Made by a program: the position numbers and the translations under genes | Shown here: positions 19,143 to 33,078 of the stretch, one piece after another | How positions within the stretch are numbered: position 1 is the first letter of the stretch | How the letters are laid out: every line of letters begins with the position of its first letter | The notes under the pieces: generated by a model | What the model was told of the DNA's origin: nothing | Database searches by the model: none | The model's input: the letters and a program-made list of their open reading frames with translations, nothing else | Source of the DNA: Eledone cirrhosa | Lineage: Eukaryota | DNA: 64,000 bases | Direction: 5' to 3' | Assembly: GCA_964016885.1 (NCBI GenBank) | Contig: OZ024754.1 | Location: forward strand, 13,392,001-13,456,000

Positions 19143-20422
19143 GTTATTCCGGGTTGAATCGGAGGTAACCACAGTAAGTAAGGTACTCAATACATAGCAG
19201 AGTATAACAGTTTTAATATAGATGAGATTCTACAGGACTAGAACTGTTTCATTCATTAGAAATCATCAGGAATATGACCATAGTGGCCGTATTTCAGGTT
19301 GAGGAGGGGTGGGGGTAGGGTGGGGAGGAGGTATAGGGGCCAATAGGGGGAGGTCGTTTTTAGCCATCGGGCTTTAACACTGGCTTAAAGTGTTTGAATG
19401 TTGCAAAGTTCTTGTGCATGCAGTTCGGGCAGTGTTCAGAGAGTTTGTTCAGTAGCGGGCCCTTGGCGAATAAAATTTCGTAGCTCTCTGAAATACAAAG
19501 GTCGCAGCCCTTGTGTCCTCCGTCGTAAGAGCGCGCTTTCTGGAGTATTTTCCAATTAAGCGTGAAGGGGGTGGAGTTCCTTTTGAGGTCCCAAACGTAG
19601 GAGGCGAGTGTTGTTTGGTTTGATTTATCCGGTCTTCTGAAGGAGTGGGTATGGGCATACCAGCGGGTCTTAAAGGTGTTGGAGGTCATGCCGATGTAAG
19701 ATTTTTTGCAATCCTCGGTGCCCGAGATGACATCGCATTTGTATACGATGTCGTTTGTGAGGCATTTGTTTTCTAGTGGGCATGTTTCCTTATTTAGGCA
19801 ATTACATAGAGCCCCAGTCCGGGGATTGGTTTCGGAGGTGGTTGGCTTATTTAGTTTAGAGTTGTGGTTGGCTATATTCCTAGCTAGGTTAGGTGTGGTG
19901 GAGTAAGACAGTCTTATAGTGTTCTTATTAAAGATGGTGTAGTACCTATGTTGTATGGGGAAGTGTAATTTCAGTAAAGTGAAGAAAATCCTAGCTATCG
20001 GAGTAGATACCTCTCTATTGAAGGGAGGGTTGTACCAGCTAATCTGCCTATGTCTATTCCTCCTCTGCAATTTTGCGGTGGTTTCTAGGTAAGTTATCTT
20101 ATCTTTAAATCCGCTACGGGCTAGGGCGTCATTGTAGTAGGAGGCAGATGCATTAAAAATATCTTTGTTGGCGGAGAGGCCAGATATTCTAATAGAGACG
20201 CTTTTTACTGCCCGAACTGCATGCACAAGAACTTTGCAACATTCAAACACTTTAAGCCAGTGTTAAAGCCCGATGGCTAAAAACGACCTCCCCCTATTGG
20301 CCCCTATACCTCCTCCCCACCCTACCCCCACCCCTCCTCAACCTGAAATACGGCCACTATGGTCATATTCCTGATGATTTCTAATGAATGAAACAGTTCT
20401 AGTCCTGTAGAATCTCATCTAT
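19139..20422 (-). mobile_element. 5'-truncated Penelope-like retroelement (Neptune-type) with an inverted pLTR copy, inserted in (TA)n
   Basis: GIY-YIG ORF; 20207-20422 is an inverted copy of ~19216-19432; HHRs at 19227-19273 (-) and 20367-20413 (+); TA tracts on both sides. Confidence 0.92.
19360..20206 (-). CDS. PLE polyprotein C-terminal fragment: RT C-terminus, Cys-rich linker and GIY-YIG endonuclease
   Basis: WYNPPFN, CNCLNKETCPLENKC, IVYKC...SYIGMTSNTFKTRWYAH, WKILQKA, CDLCISE, LNKLSEHCPNCMH. The open frame is cut at the inversion junction; residues upstream of it in the ORF track come from the inverted arm. Confidence 0.92.
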
Positions 20423-20695
20423 ATATATATATATATATATTTAGGAAAAGAGTGAGGACCCCGACGGCTAGATCTGAACGTTTTGTCAAAGTTCGGATGA
20501 TCTAGCTATCGAAACGGCCGGAGCTCAGCCGTCGGAGTGCAGAATCTTTTCAAATTACTCACTCTACTACCTCAAGTATCTGGTGAGTTATCATATATAT
20601 ATATATCCGTAAAAGGTAAACAGAAATAACAACACAATCGGTACAGTATATGGAAGGGATATATTAGGTTAACGCTTGAAATAGTAGGAAGAAGG

Positions 20696-20731
20696 TCTGA
20701 ACGTTTCGGACGCGAGTCCTTCATCAGAACA
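20696..20731 (-). ncRNA. Minimal hammerhead motif; better-paired copy at 27042-27077 (-)
   Basis: At 27042-27077: tctt-CTGATGA-a-ggac(tagc)gtcc-GAAA-CG-TT-aaga. Stem III has no loop (palindrome AACGTT). Host islands are 20627-20830 and 26946-27200. Confidence 0.7.
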
Positions 20732-20827
20732 AAGAATGTGAAATAAGATAGATTGAAGGGACATGCGGGGTGGAATTGGGAAAAATATCTTTAGATAAAA
20801 ATAACAGGTCCATTCATATTAACTTCT

Positions 20828-20879
<52 letters not shown>

Positions 20880-22440
20880 GAACGAAAGACAGTTACTTTA
20901 AACCATCCCAATTTATTTTATTATACGTATTTCGGAGATGCAAGGCTTATGTATAACATAAGCCAAAACATGTTCTCTGCAGACAAAATCGCCTGGGGAT
21001 GTAGAAACCATTTGATATGCTGGCGGTCAGACGAGCTGTTCAGATCCGTATGTTACAAGGATATGAGATATAAAAACCTCAACACAGAAGGTATTATTCG
21101 TGTGAGAAGAAGAATACAGGATGTATTGATGTTTTCAAATGGCGAGAGTATGATGACTTTGGGTTGGTAAAAAGAAAAAATCAAAACAAAAGCAAATATT
21201 GACTGTTAGTCAATTCATTTATAACTTAAGTTAGATTAAATTAGATACTACACTAAATATATATACATATACAGACACACACATATATGCACGGACTGCA
21301 AATTAATAATGTAACTATATAATAAAGAAGAATTTATAAATTATTAATTTCGTAGACAATTTATTGTAGTTTATGTACAAAATTTAATTTAGTAGATATT
21401 ATGAGAGTGGGAAAAAATATTTAACAATTTGCTTTGGCTAGGTTATTATTTTATGGGATTAATAAATCGGTTCAAAAGAAAAGATGTATTTGTTGTAACC
21501 TAACTAGTTAAAAAGAAAAACACCTGTATGATAGTCTAATATGTCACTTTATGTTAAAAATTTATTCGTTTATATACTAATTAAAGTTATAGCTGTCAAA
21601 GTTATGATGAAGAAATATTATAATACTTTTTTATTTGTTTTATTTAGCTTATTAACGATTTATAAATAAAATAGTAGAAAAACTATATATAAAAACCTAT
21701 AAATAGTAAAATATATATATAAAATGAAAAATGTTATATTATTTATTTAATATTCTAATTAAATTTTATTTAAAATTTAACTAAATACCTGATGAAACGT
21801 TTTGGTAAACTTATGAAGACAAGAACTAAAGAATTCAGAGCGTTTATTAATAATTAGATGCCTATTTTGAATGATGTGGAGAATCTCTGTGGTACAGAGG
21901 TCACATCCCTTAGATATAAAAGCATTTTCATAAGGAAAAGCACGAGAAAGTTTCTGTCAAGAAAGGGAATACTTAATATTATTATTTTAAAGCGACCAAA
22001 ACAATTCAACATACTCTCGCATATGTGAACTAATACCTTCTGTGTTGAGGTTTTTATATATCATATGCTTGTAACATACGGATCTGAACAGGTCGTCTGA
22101 CCACCAGTATATCAAATGACTTCTACATCGCCAGTGGATTTTGTCTGAAGAGAACATGTTTTGGCAAATATTAAACATAAGCTTTACATCTTCGAAATAC
22201 GTATAATAAAATAAATTAGGATGCTCTAAAGTAACAGTCTTTCGTTTAAATTTGCCTTTCATCCTTACGGGGTTGATAAAATAAAGTACCAGTAATGCAC
22301 TTGAATAATTGCTGGTCTTGTGCCAAAAGTAGAAACAATTATTATTATAAAACTCCGGTTAAACATATACCGTTGAGTGCTTGACATCTGTTATATATGT
22401 CAGCTGATTCTAAATCAACTGACTATTTTTCATTGAACAA
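20880..22440. mobile_element. Inverted PLE 3' region: GIY-YIG C-terminal remnant (21777-22000, minus) with HHRs at 22139-22211 (+) and ~20917-20989 (-)
   Basis: Minus translation *QKLSRAFPYENAFISKGCDLCTTEILHIIQNRHLIINKRSEFFSSCLHKF; HHR ttttgt-CTGAAGA-gaacatgt...acatcttc-GAAA-TACGTA-TA-ataaaa; SINE fragment inserted at ~22252-22340. Confidence 0.85.
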
Positions 22441-22460
22441 ATATATACAAATATACAGTA

Positions 22461-22517
<57 letters not shown>

Positions 22518-22550
22518 AATATACAGTATATAAATATATACAAATATACA

Positions 22551-22611
<61 letters not shown>

Positions 22612-22619
<8 letters not shown>

Positions 22620-23321
22620 GAATATAAAATGAAAGTGCTTTTTTTAAAAAAAAGGAATTTATTAGGTATTGACATATGTTTCTGTAACAGACGGAATACC
22701 TATGCATCGCTGCTTGCGTAATCATATAATGTTAGCAAGTATTCGATAGCAAATGTATAATCAGTTGTCACTTCTTCAGAGATTTTGGATAAATTGGATA
22801 AAATCAGAAAAATTGAAGTATTTATATTAGTTGTAATAGAGGAAGAAAAGAGGGGATAGTATATGACAGATGGTAATTCAATTTACTGCTAAACAAGTAT
22901 ATAAAGGGTTTCTAATGAGAATACAATGAGTAAATGGTTTATTTTATCTAAATAAGAATTTTTGGGAGTGCCTATTTTAATCTATACTTGACCAATTGAA
23001 CAATGGACAGGGCTGGTCATTTGGTGTAGTAGTATTAATTATAAAATGTCAATTGAGGAAGGGGGAGATTTCGACTTCTACTGAATAACATCAATGCAAT
23101 TATATGATTACGCAAGCAGCGATACATAGGTATTCCGTCTGTTACAGAAACATATGTCAATACCTAATAAATTCCTTTTTTTTAAAAAAAGCACTTTCAT
23201 TTTATATTCATCTTTTCTACATTTTCTCCAGAATATAATTTATACTCGTTGAGCAAACCTACACGTACGCTGTTCATCTCTAACGTAACGATATATTATC
23301 ACTACATTATTGATAACCTGA

Positions 23322-23328
<7 letters not shown>
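22612..23328 (+). mobile_element. Fold-back PLE-terminal element with an HHR-like motif at ~23100-23162
   Basis: Arms ~22612-22730 and ~23098-23216; ATGATTA-cgcaagcag...ctgttaca-GAAA-CATATG-TC, but stem I pairs poorly. Confidence 0.6.
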
Positions 23329-23366
<38 letters not shown>

Positions 23367-23413
23367 AAGGAAAAGCGAAGTAGTTTCAGATGTTCAAGTC
23401 CTTTAATAATAAT

Positions 23414-23487
23414 GCTGTGATATATATTTCAATGGCGACACTGGCCACACTGTTCTGTGTGCGAGTGTCGTGACATCATCAGACAGC
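23414..23487 (-). ncRNA. Type I hammerhead ribozyme in fold-back element 23363-23720
   Basis: gctgt-CTGATGA-tgtcacgacactcgcacac(agaaca)gtgtggccagtgtcgccatt-GAAA-TATATA-TC-acagc. Confidence 0.8.
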
Positions 23488-23729
23488 TTGTTACATAATA
23501 AGGTTATGTTTCCGAGGCAATCCAAATTGAATCGACATGGGAACGGATGAAATGCGTGCTTTTGGGTTTATCACCCGTTCACATATAACAGCATTATTAT
23601 TAAAGGACTTGAACCTCTGAAACTACTTCGCTTTTCCTTATTCGATATTTACTCCGTCACTCCTATGTGGAAAAAGTACGTTGAGTGCTTGAATTGAATT
23701 GCATCAATGTTTACCCTAATATATATATA

Positions 23730-23889
<160 letters not shown>

Positions 23890-23990
23890 GGTTTTGGGCT
23901 GTTATTTCCGGCGTTAATATAAACCCTTCGTGTAGGTTATATTGAGTGGGTTATATTCATATAGTAATTCAACGACAATCTCAGTTGAAC

Positions 23991-24035
23991 GCCAGACGTT
24001 AGTGTTTCAGGCTGTTCTAAGACATCATCAGTGAC
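23991..24035 (-). ncRNA. Hammerhead motif
   Basis: gtca-CTGATGA-tgtct(tagaac)agcct-GAAA-C(actaac)G-TC-tggc; canonical core with weak stems II and III. Confidence 0.6.
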
Positions 24036-24138
24036 ATTTAATCAATCGCTACTGTATAATAAATATATATAACTCTCGCGCTATAAAGTTCTGATGTTGT
24101 GATCAGGCGCCAGATACTAGTCTTTCAGGATATACATA

Positions 24139-24185
<47 letters not shown>

Positions 24186-24379
24186 AAAAATTTAACAGGA
24201 ACAAAACAGAGAGGCAGTACGAAAAAAGTTTTATTAGTTTCACGCTCTTGAGAGTTGGGTGGTGGTGGATATATATATATATATATATTTATATATATTT
24301 ATATATATATATACATATGTCTGGGGGGGTTATATATAAATATACATATATACATATATATATGAGGTGGTATACATAA

Positions 24380-24493
<114 letters not shown>

Positions 24494-24596
24494 ATATATA
24501 TAATTATATATATATATATATAATTATATATATATATATGTGTGTGTGTATATATATATATATACATATATATATACACACACACATATATATATA

Positions 24597-24648
<52 letters not shown>

Positions 24649-24652
24649 TATG

Positions 24653-24788
<136 letters not shown>

Positions 24789-24789
24789 C

Positions 24790-24858
<69 letters not shown>

Positions 24859-26239
24859 TATTCATGTATTCTAGTGTCTATTTCATTAATTCATTTCTAA
24901 TATCAAGTGTCTGTGATGTAAGAGTTTGTTTTACTGTAATTATGTTTTACTGTAATTATTATCAGTGTTTTTACTGATAGTATATATTTTTTGCTTCTTG
25001 TTTTTATGTGATTCTAGCTCTTTAAATTTTCCAGGATTTTGTCACAAATTCTAATAAGCTAACTTGGATTTTTATGAGGGAAATTTTATTAGCAAATCTA
25101 AATATTTCAACGGCTGTTTACACCCGTGTTCTATTAATTGTCTTTCCTTTGTCTGGGAATATGTATACAATATCGGCACTTGAGAAACTTAATATGAAAT
25201 ACGTTAATTCATTCTTTTCTTTGCTGTATATATTTTCATCAGAGACGGTTTCGTATGTATTTTATCAAATATATTTCATTACTGATATGCCTGACGAAGT
25301 GTTGTCGATCATTTAGTTGTATTTTCTTTTTTTAATTATTATTAACACGTTTCGACCTTTAGAATAATGTTAATGAAATTATTTGTTATCTGTCTTATAT
25401 CTAAGGGGCGAAAACGTGATGATCATGAGCAAAATTGACGTATGCAGAATTAAAATTGTACTTCAGTAATTACAATATCAACCAAATATCACGCCATATA
25501 TACCACACATCAAATATTCCACACATTCTCTCTTGCTGCTGAAGAATGTTGCTTTTGTTTTCAAGGCAAATTATCAGTTCACAATTTAGTGTGACCAACT
25601 TTCTGAAAATTATTATCTTTTCCTAGTATTTAAGTCACTGCCACGATCACAAACCCTCACATATTACCGTCGCCATTAACGGAGGCCCAATAAATCAATC
25701 AAACAAACAAACAAATAAACAAATAAACAAAAAGCAGCCGAAAAATGCAGAAAAAGGTTTTGAAAGTAAATAAGTAGATATTAGACGGAACTGAATAAAG
25801 AAACTGATATATAAATAGAGCCAAGCCAGACACTATTTATTCTTATCGTTTTACATTTTCTCTTCCATGCTGCTTATGAATTTATCTGGCAGTACAAAGG
25901 ATTAGAAAAATGCAGATTTATATGTCGGTTAATATTGAAGAAGTATTCAATATGCAACCTGAAGTACACCGGCGATTATATAGACTCCTCGTCTGTATAC
26001 ACACAATATATGGGATTAATTATCTGCCGGTAGGTATTGGCATATTTCTATTTAGGTAACACACCAAGTCCAACATTAATTCAAATATGTATGTCTATAT
26101 TTATCTCTTTCCATATATGTCGACAGTCGATCGACAGGATCCCAGACCTCATTCGCTTAACGATTGGAGTGGAGCTCGTCAAATCGGACCGAGGAAATAA
26201 TGTTTCCATTGGTCTTTCCAGTTGTTGTTCGAAAATCCA

Positions 26240-26355
26240 GGCCGAAGGAGCAACGTGAAATGAAGTGTTTTGCTCAAGGACATCACCCGGTCTAGGAATC
26301 GAAATCACAACTTCACCATTGCGAATCAAATTCTCTACCCACTCAGCCACGCACT
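26240..26355 (-). mobile_element. tRNA-derived SINE (second type); related copies at 40397-40540 (+) and partial ~44865-44960 (+)
   Basis: A-box-like tggctgagtgg / tggcttagtgg, B-box-like gttcaattt / atttcgattcc, then ccttgagcaa.acactt.atttcacgttgctcc. Confidence 0.7.
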
Positions 26356-26365
26356 TTCTGTATAT

Positions 26366-26404
<39 letters not shown>

Positions 26405-26406
<2 letters not shown>

Positions 26407-26555
26407 GGTCGCTATCTTCAATTTGCAAAGCCACCCTTTAAACTGTATGTTATTACTCTAAGGTTTTATACCTTATCGAGTGCTTGGCTGCACTTCTAAA
26501 TGCATTCGTCGGCTTAGCTGCGGCTGAAGCTTCGAATATGCTGCACTTCCATTTG

Positions 26556-26630
<75 letters not shown>

Positions 26631-26840
26631 AGAAGGTAGTACAGCATAATCAAAGCTCTTGTTGCGGGCTAGCTAACGAATGCAGTCGGGAAGTGCAGCC
26701 AAAAGCACTGAATAAGGAATTTTACCTTAGAGTTATAACATTACGTTTATACAGCTATACAAATTGAAGACAGCGACCGAAATGCGAGCCACTGGGAGCA
26801 GAACAACGAAAAAAACCGACTCAGGGAAATCTTTGACAAT
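26405..26840. mobile_element. Two diverged PLE-tail-like copies of one family, tail-to-tail around a (TA)n tract
   Basis: 26405-26558 (+) and ~26630-26780 (-) are diverged inverted homologues; both carry actctaagg...gtgc.tggctgcacttc. Confidence 0.6.
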
Positions 26841-26858
26841 ATATATATATATATATAT

Positions 26859-26903
<45 letters not shown>

Positions 26904-26906
26904 TAG

Positions 26907-26952
<46 letters not shown>

Positions 26953-27534
26953 GGTAAACAGAAATAACAACACAATCGGTACAGTATATGGAAGGTATAT
27001 ATTAATATATTAGGTTAACGCTTGAAATAGCAGGAAGAGGGTCTTAACGTTTCGGACGCTAGTCCTTCATCAGAAGAAACAATGAGAAATACAATAGATT
27101 AAGGGGACGGGTGGGATAGTATTGGAAAAAATGTATTTAGATAAAAATAATAGGTCCATTCATGTTGACATCTCTTGCAAAACTGTTGGTGCTGGCGTTT
27201 TGCATATATATAAATATATATATACATTCACATGACCTCTACCGACCAATCAAAATTGTTTTGACCACAAGAATTTTTGCAAAACCAAGTAGCACTGGAG
27301 CCACTTTTTTGACATAAAAACAGGTAGAATTCCCAAAACTAATCAAATCAGAGCAAACAAGACGGACGCTCTATCTCAAAGTTATTTTTGAAAAGCATGT
27401 AGAAATGCGCAACCGGTAAAAACTTAAAAACTTAAAACCACAACTGAATACTAACCCATACAATTAATAATACTCTTTTATTCCTAATTAAACTATTTTT
27501 CAACTGTGAACAATTTGTCAGCATTTTCTATTCC

Positions 27535-27585
<51 letters not shown>

Positions 27586-28274
27586 AGGTCACCAGTTGGT
27601 GCTACTGGTAACATGTATCCCAGTACAACCTGTCTCATCATCGGGTCGTTGGCGACTAAACTGGCAACCCCACCAAGGTTTCTTGGTTGAGGAGGGTGAC
27701 TTTGGACATCCTGCAGGACTAAAAACAAAACCTGTCAAAGGGCAAAGGAGCTCTTAAGAGTCAATGGCCATCCAAAATCACTGGGAGAGATGACCCCTTA
27801 GCCTTTGTCAAGGCAGAATTCTAGGAGAAGGAAAACTCTGATATAACACCTGAAACTCTGATGGTATCCAATGATGTTGACTTGTATCTGGAGATCTCTC
27901 TGCACTTGTCGTCACATGGTACCATCGGCTCAGCACTATGTGACAATAATTGTCACAAGTGTAGTGTTTGTACCAGAGTTTTCAAGTCGCTGGCTGGATT
28001 AAAAAGTCACACTCGTTCAGCGCATCGGTAGGGGTTCTCCTACATGGATATAAAGTAGTGGCCATACTCGAAAACGCGTTGGCAGCCACCATATATATAT
28101 ATATACTTAATACATTAACAGAGAAAGCTTTAAGCAATACTCCGACCGACATCCATCTCACTCAACAAACATTAAGATAACCCTAATTATATGTTTGGGG
28201 TGCTAACTATATTGTATTTTGCAGATAGCCGGCTGTATTATTTTATATGAGACATAATTAAATACATCTCTCCT

Positions 28275-28396
28275 TCCAAACGATCGTTTCGTTATAAGTT
28301 TTCTACAAGTTAGTGAAATAATGTCCAGGTTATGTAGAAACCTACACATAGTCCATAGGTAAATATGCAGCTGGGCACTTATAACTCATCAGTGGA
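28275..28396 (-). ncRNA. Type I hammerhead ribozyme with ~80-nt insert in stem II
   Basis: tcca-CTGATGA-gttataag...cttataac-GAAA-CGATCG-TT-tgga; perfect 8-bp stem II base and canonical core. Confidence 0.85.
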
Positions 28397-28697
28397 TGCC
28401 CAGTAATATCAATATAAAAAAACCATACTGATATTAATATTCAGCGATGGTACCCGTCCGTGCTAGAGTGACCGCCAAATTTGAAATTCCAGCAGTCTCT
28501 CAAAAAGAAATTTCACACTGGCTCCAAATGGAAAGGGGAGGTCATCGTAAAACATAAAATAATATATACGCAGGTCAATTAATTCTGTCATGAATTTTAA
28601 CCACGCGTGAAGAACTCAAATGGATATTAAAAAAATAAATATATGTATGTATTATTTATACACACATAGATGTATTTTCTCAGGCAAAAACGGACAC

Positions 28698-28779
<82 letters not shown>

Positions 28780-28796
28780 AGGTAGAGAGTCAGGAT

Positions 28797-28888
28797 CCCG
28801 ACAGCTGAGCTCTGGCCGTTTCGACAGTTAGATCCGACATAACCCAGTAGTATTAGAACGGCGGGAATCTAGCTGAACTTATCAAGGG
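28797..28888 (-). ncRNA. Hammerhead motif with U3-A8 core variant
   Basis: ccc-TTGATAA-gttcagctagattcc...ggatctaactgtc-GAAA-CGGC(cagagctca)GCTG-TC-ggg. Confidence 0.6.
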
Positions 28889-28976
28889 TTCTTGACTCTT
28901 TTCCCACTCTACTACCCTAAGTATCGAGTACTCTGGTGCGTTATGGTCCACCTGGTTCCTTACCACACTTCCTTTG

Positions 28977-29426
<450 letters not shown>

Positions 29427-29550
29427 AAATACCAGTGATGGTTGGAAAATCACTGACGAAGGACTATTTTTATCATATGTAACCCATGTGCAAACCACGC
29501 AGTATTCTTCATTCTTCTCATGTTTTATATATATATATAGAGAGAGAGAG

Positions 29551-31197
29551 AGATAATTTAATATATCTACTAACATAAGCGCACAGATGTACGCTAATGC
29601 CAGCAAATACACAGGTTATGTCATAGTACCTAGGTGGTTCGATGCAAGAGGATGCAGAACAATAATATAAAAGACGTAAAATAAGAAAATTTTTTAAAAA
29701 AGTTTTTTAAAAAAATGTTAACTTACTTACTTAAATTTTCACTCCAACTAATTAGTTTCTGCAATGGGATAAAAACAGTTACGTAATCCAACTGTCGAGA
29801 ATTCATTGCGTCATCAGGGAGTCTATTCTCAGCGAAGTCTCCAGGCAATGCGCGGACACCGGGGACTCATATAAAAATAATAATAATTCGGTAGATGGAA
29901 CAGCTAGCGGGGCTGAATTCCATGCACTGAAATCCTCGCTGCCTCTGGTCAAATGGCCGATTCTAAAGAATCAATCACGTGACACAGAGGCTAGTCAGTA
30001 GGAATGGGATGGTAAGATGACAGACGCCTACTAACACCCCCCAAAAAATTTAGAAGTGGTTTTGGCAGGTTTGCTCGACAAATCAGTGATTTGGAGATAA
30101 ATATAGATAATTTAATATATCTACTAACATAAGCGCACAGATGTACGCTAATGCCAGCAAATACACAGGTTATGTCATAGTACCTAGGTGGTTCGATGCA
30201 GGAGGATGCAGAACAATAATATAAAAGACGTAAAATAAGAAAATTTTTAAAAAAAGTTTAAAAAAAAAATTTTAACTTACTTACTTAAATTTTCACTCCA
30301 ACTAATTAGTTTCTGCAATGGGATAAAGACAGTTACGTAATCCAACTGTCGGGAGAATCGGCCATTTGACCAGAGGCAGCGAGGATTTCAGTGCATGGAA
30401 TTCAGCCCCCGCTAGCTGTTCCATCTACCGAATTATTATTATTTTTATATGAGTCCCCGGTGTCCGCGCATTGCATGGAGACTTAGCTGAGAATAGACTC
30501 CCTGATGACGCAATGAATTCTCGACAGTTGGATTACGTAAGTGTCTTTATCCCATTGCAGAAACTAATTAGTTGGAGTGAAAATTTAAGTAAGTAAGTTA
30601 AAAAATTTTTTTTAAATTTTTTTTTAAATTTTCTTATTTTACGTCTTTTATATTATTGTTCTGCATCCTCCTGCATCGAACCACCTAGGTACTATGACAT
30701 AACCTGTGTATTTGCTGGCATTAGCGTACATCTGTGCGCTTATGTTAGTAGATATATTAAATTATCTATATTTATCTCCAAATCACTGATTTGTCGAGCA
30801 AACCTGCCAAAACCACTTCTAAATTTTTTGGGGGGTGTTAGTAGGCGTCTGTCATCTTACCATCCCATTCCTACTGACTAGCCTCTGTGTCACGTGATTG
30901 ATTCTTTAGAATCGGCCATTTGACCAGAGGCAGCGAGGATTTCAGTGCATGGAATTCAGCCCCGCTAGCTGTTCCATCTACCGAATTATTATTATTTTTA
31001 CATGAGTCCCCGGTGTCCGCGCATTGCCTGGAGACTTAGCTGAGAATAGACTCCCTGATGACGCAATGAATTCTCGACAGTTGGATTACGTAACTGTCTT
31101 TATCCCATTGCAGAAACTAATTAGTTGGAGTAAAAATTTAAGTAAGTAAGTTAAACATTTTTTTAAAAACTTTTTTTTTAAATGTTCTTATTTTACG

Positions 31198-31205
<8 letters not shown>
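29551..31205. mobile_element. Retrozyme-like / tandem pLTR array: ~553-nt HHR unit, ~1.5 copies on each strand
   Basis: Period 554 (29551 to 30105) on the left, inversion at ~30352, period 553 on the right. HHR actcc-CTGATGA-cgcaatg...cattgca-GAAA-CTAATTAG-TT-ggagt at 29741-29822 (-), 30497-30578 (+) and 31050-31131 (+). No ORF. Confidence 0.85.
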
Positions 31206-31281
<76 letters not shown>

Positions 31282-31546
31282 TATGTATGCATGTGCGTGT
31301 GTGCATGCGTGGTTCTATGTGTCTGTGTGTATGTATGTGTGTGTATTTCTGTAATCTAACTGAGAATCAACGTGTACCACTAGTTGTTGTTGCCTTGGTC
31401 TTCAAGTCTGTTCGTACTATATTAATAATTTGACAGCCACTGCGCCTGCGTGAATAATATCAGAGTTTCTATAGTGAAGAGTTCGTTAACATCCTTATTT
31501 GTCATGTCATTATTCATTCACTAACTGATATTGTTGTAACCATTGC

Positions 31547-31603
<57 letters not shown>

Positions 31604-31704
31604 AAAAGTGATATATGCTGTAGTTACGAAGAATTGAAGTATATATACATATAAATATAAAGATATATATTATAAATATAAAGATATATATTATAAATAT
31701 AAAG

Positions 31705-31815
<111 letters not shown>

Positions 31816-32154
31816 AAGAGGGTGTTAAAGTTTGCTTGAAGCATTGTGAAATATGTAAAATATGTAGTTTAGAAAGCCACAACAATGCAGATGGGAAATC
31901 TCGAGGTAGGAAGTGAGTGAGAAATAGGAGAAAAGTGGAAAATGAGACAAAAAGGAAAACAAAACAAAGGTAGAAGGGTTACCGTAGTGGAGATTTAATC
32001 CCAATATTTTGTGAGCCCGAAATATTGGGATTAAATCTCCCACTACCTTTGTTTTGTTTTCCTTTTTGTCTCATTTTCCACTTTTCTCCTATTTCTCACT
32101 CACTTCCTACCTCGAGATTTCCCATCTGCATTGTTGTGGCTTTCTAAACTACAT

Positions 32155-32239
<85 letters not shown>

Positions 32240-32845
32240 AGATTTGAATATATATAAAAGATGAAATCGAAAATGCAACTGGAATCTTTTATTTTTTTTA
32301 AATATATATTTAATTGGTTCCTTTACCGGTTTCGCAGTTCTTCTGCTTTTCAAAAGTACAGTTGAGATGGAGGGTCTGTGGTTTTTCTCACATGTGAGAA
32401 AAACCACAGAAGAACTGCGAAACCGGTAAAGGAACCAAATAAATATATATATATTTTTAAAAAAAAGACTCCAGCTGCATTTTCGATTTCATCTTTTTTT
32501 CTTTATACTTTCACTCATGTAGGACACCTCGGTTATTTTTTATTTTGTAAAAAAAATCTCACTTTCTAATATATATATATATTTCAATCATATCTCATTT
32601 TGTTTGACCCGTTTAGCTTGTTCGCTTTTTTGGCTATGGTGGTTAATGGCTTCTTAACCATCGTCTCAGCGTGTATGACCATTTTAAATTATGTTTATAG
32701 CTCTGGTATCTTCTTCATATCCATCCAGCGCTTGTCTGCACAATATGGAAGTTGCGTTTCGCTAATTTCTACCCGCCGAAATGCGATTTTCGCTAAATTT
32801 ATATTTATATATATATATATATATATACAAACACATATATATACA

Positions 32846-32946
<101 letters not shown>

Positions 32947-33027
32947 TTATTCTGGGTTGAATCGGGGGTAACTACAGTAAGTAAGGTACTCAATACATAG
33001 CAGAGTATAAATGTTTTAATATAGAAA

Positions 33028-33078
33028 AGCTTCTACAGAACTAGAACTGTTTCATTCGTGAGAAATCATCAGGAAGCT
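33028..33078 (-). ncRNA. Hammerhead ribozyme in a diverged copy (32945-33350) of the 19-kb PLE 3' end
   Basis: agcttc-CTGATGA-tttc(tcac)gaat-GAAA-CAG(ttctagtt)CTG-TA-gaagct; compensatory stem I change relative to attc/gaat. Confidence 0.85.

Noticed and set aside
21955-21990. In-frame TGA in the PLE GIY-YIG remnant as selenocysteine (as in some Naiad PLEs)
   Set aside because: It aligns to a conserved Trp (TGG to TGA), a TAA lies nearby, and both copies derive from one duplication; ordinary decay.
25230-25300. CTGATGA, CTGACGA and GAAAC words near 25.25 kb
   Set aside because: The order and stems do not assemble into a hammerhead.
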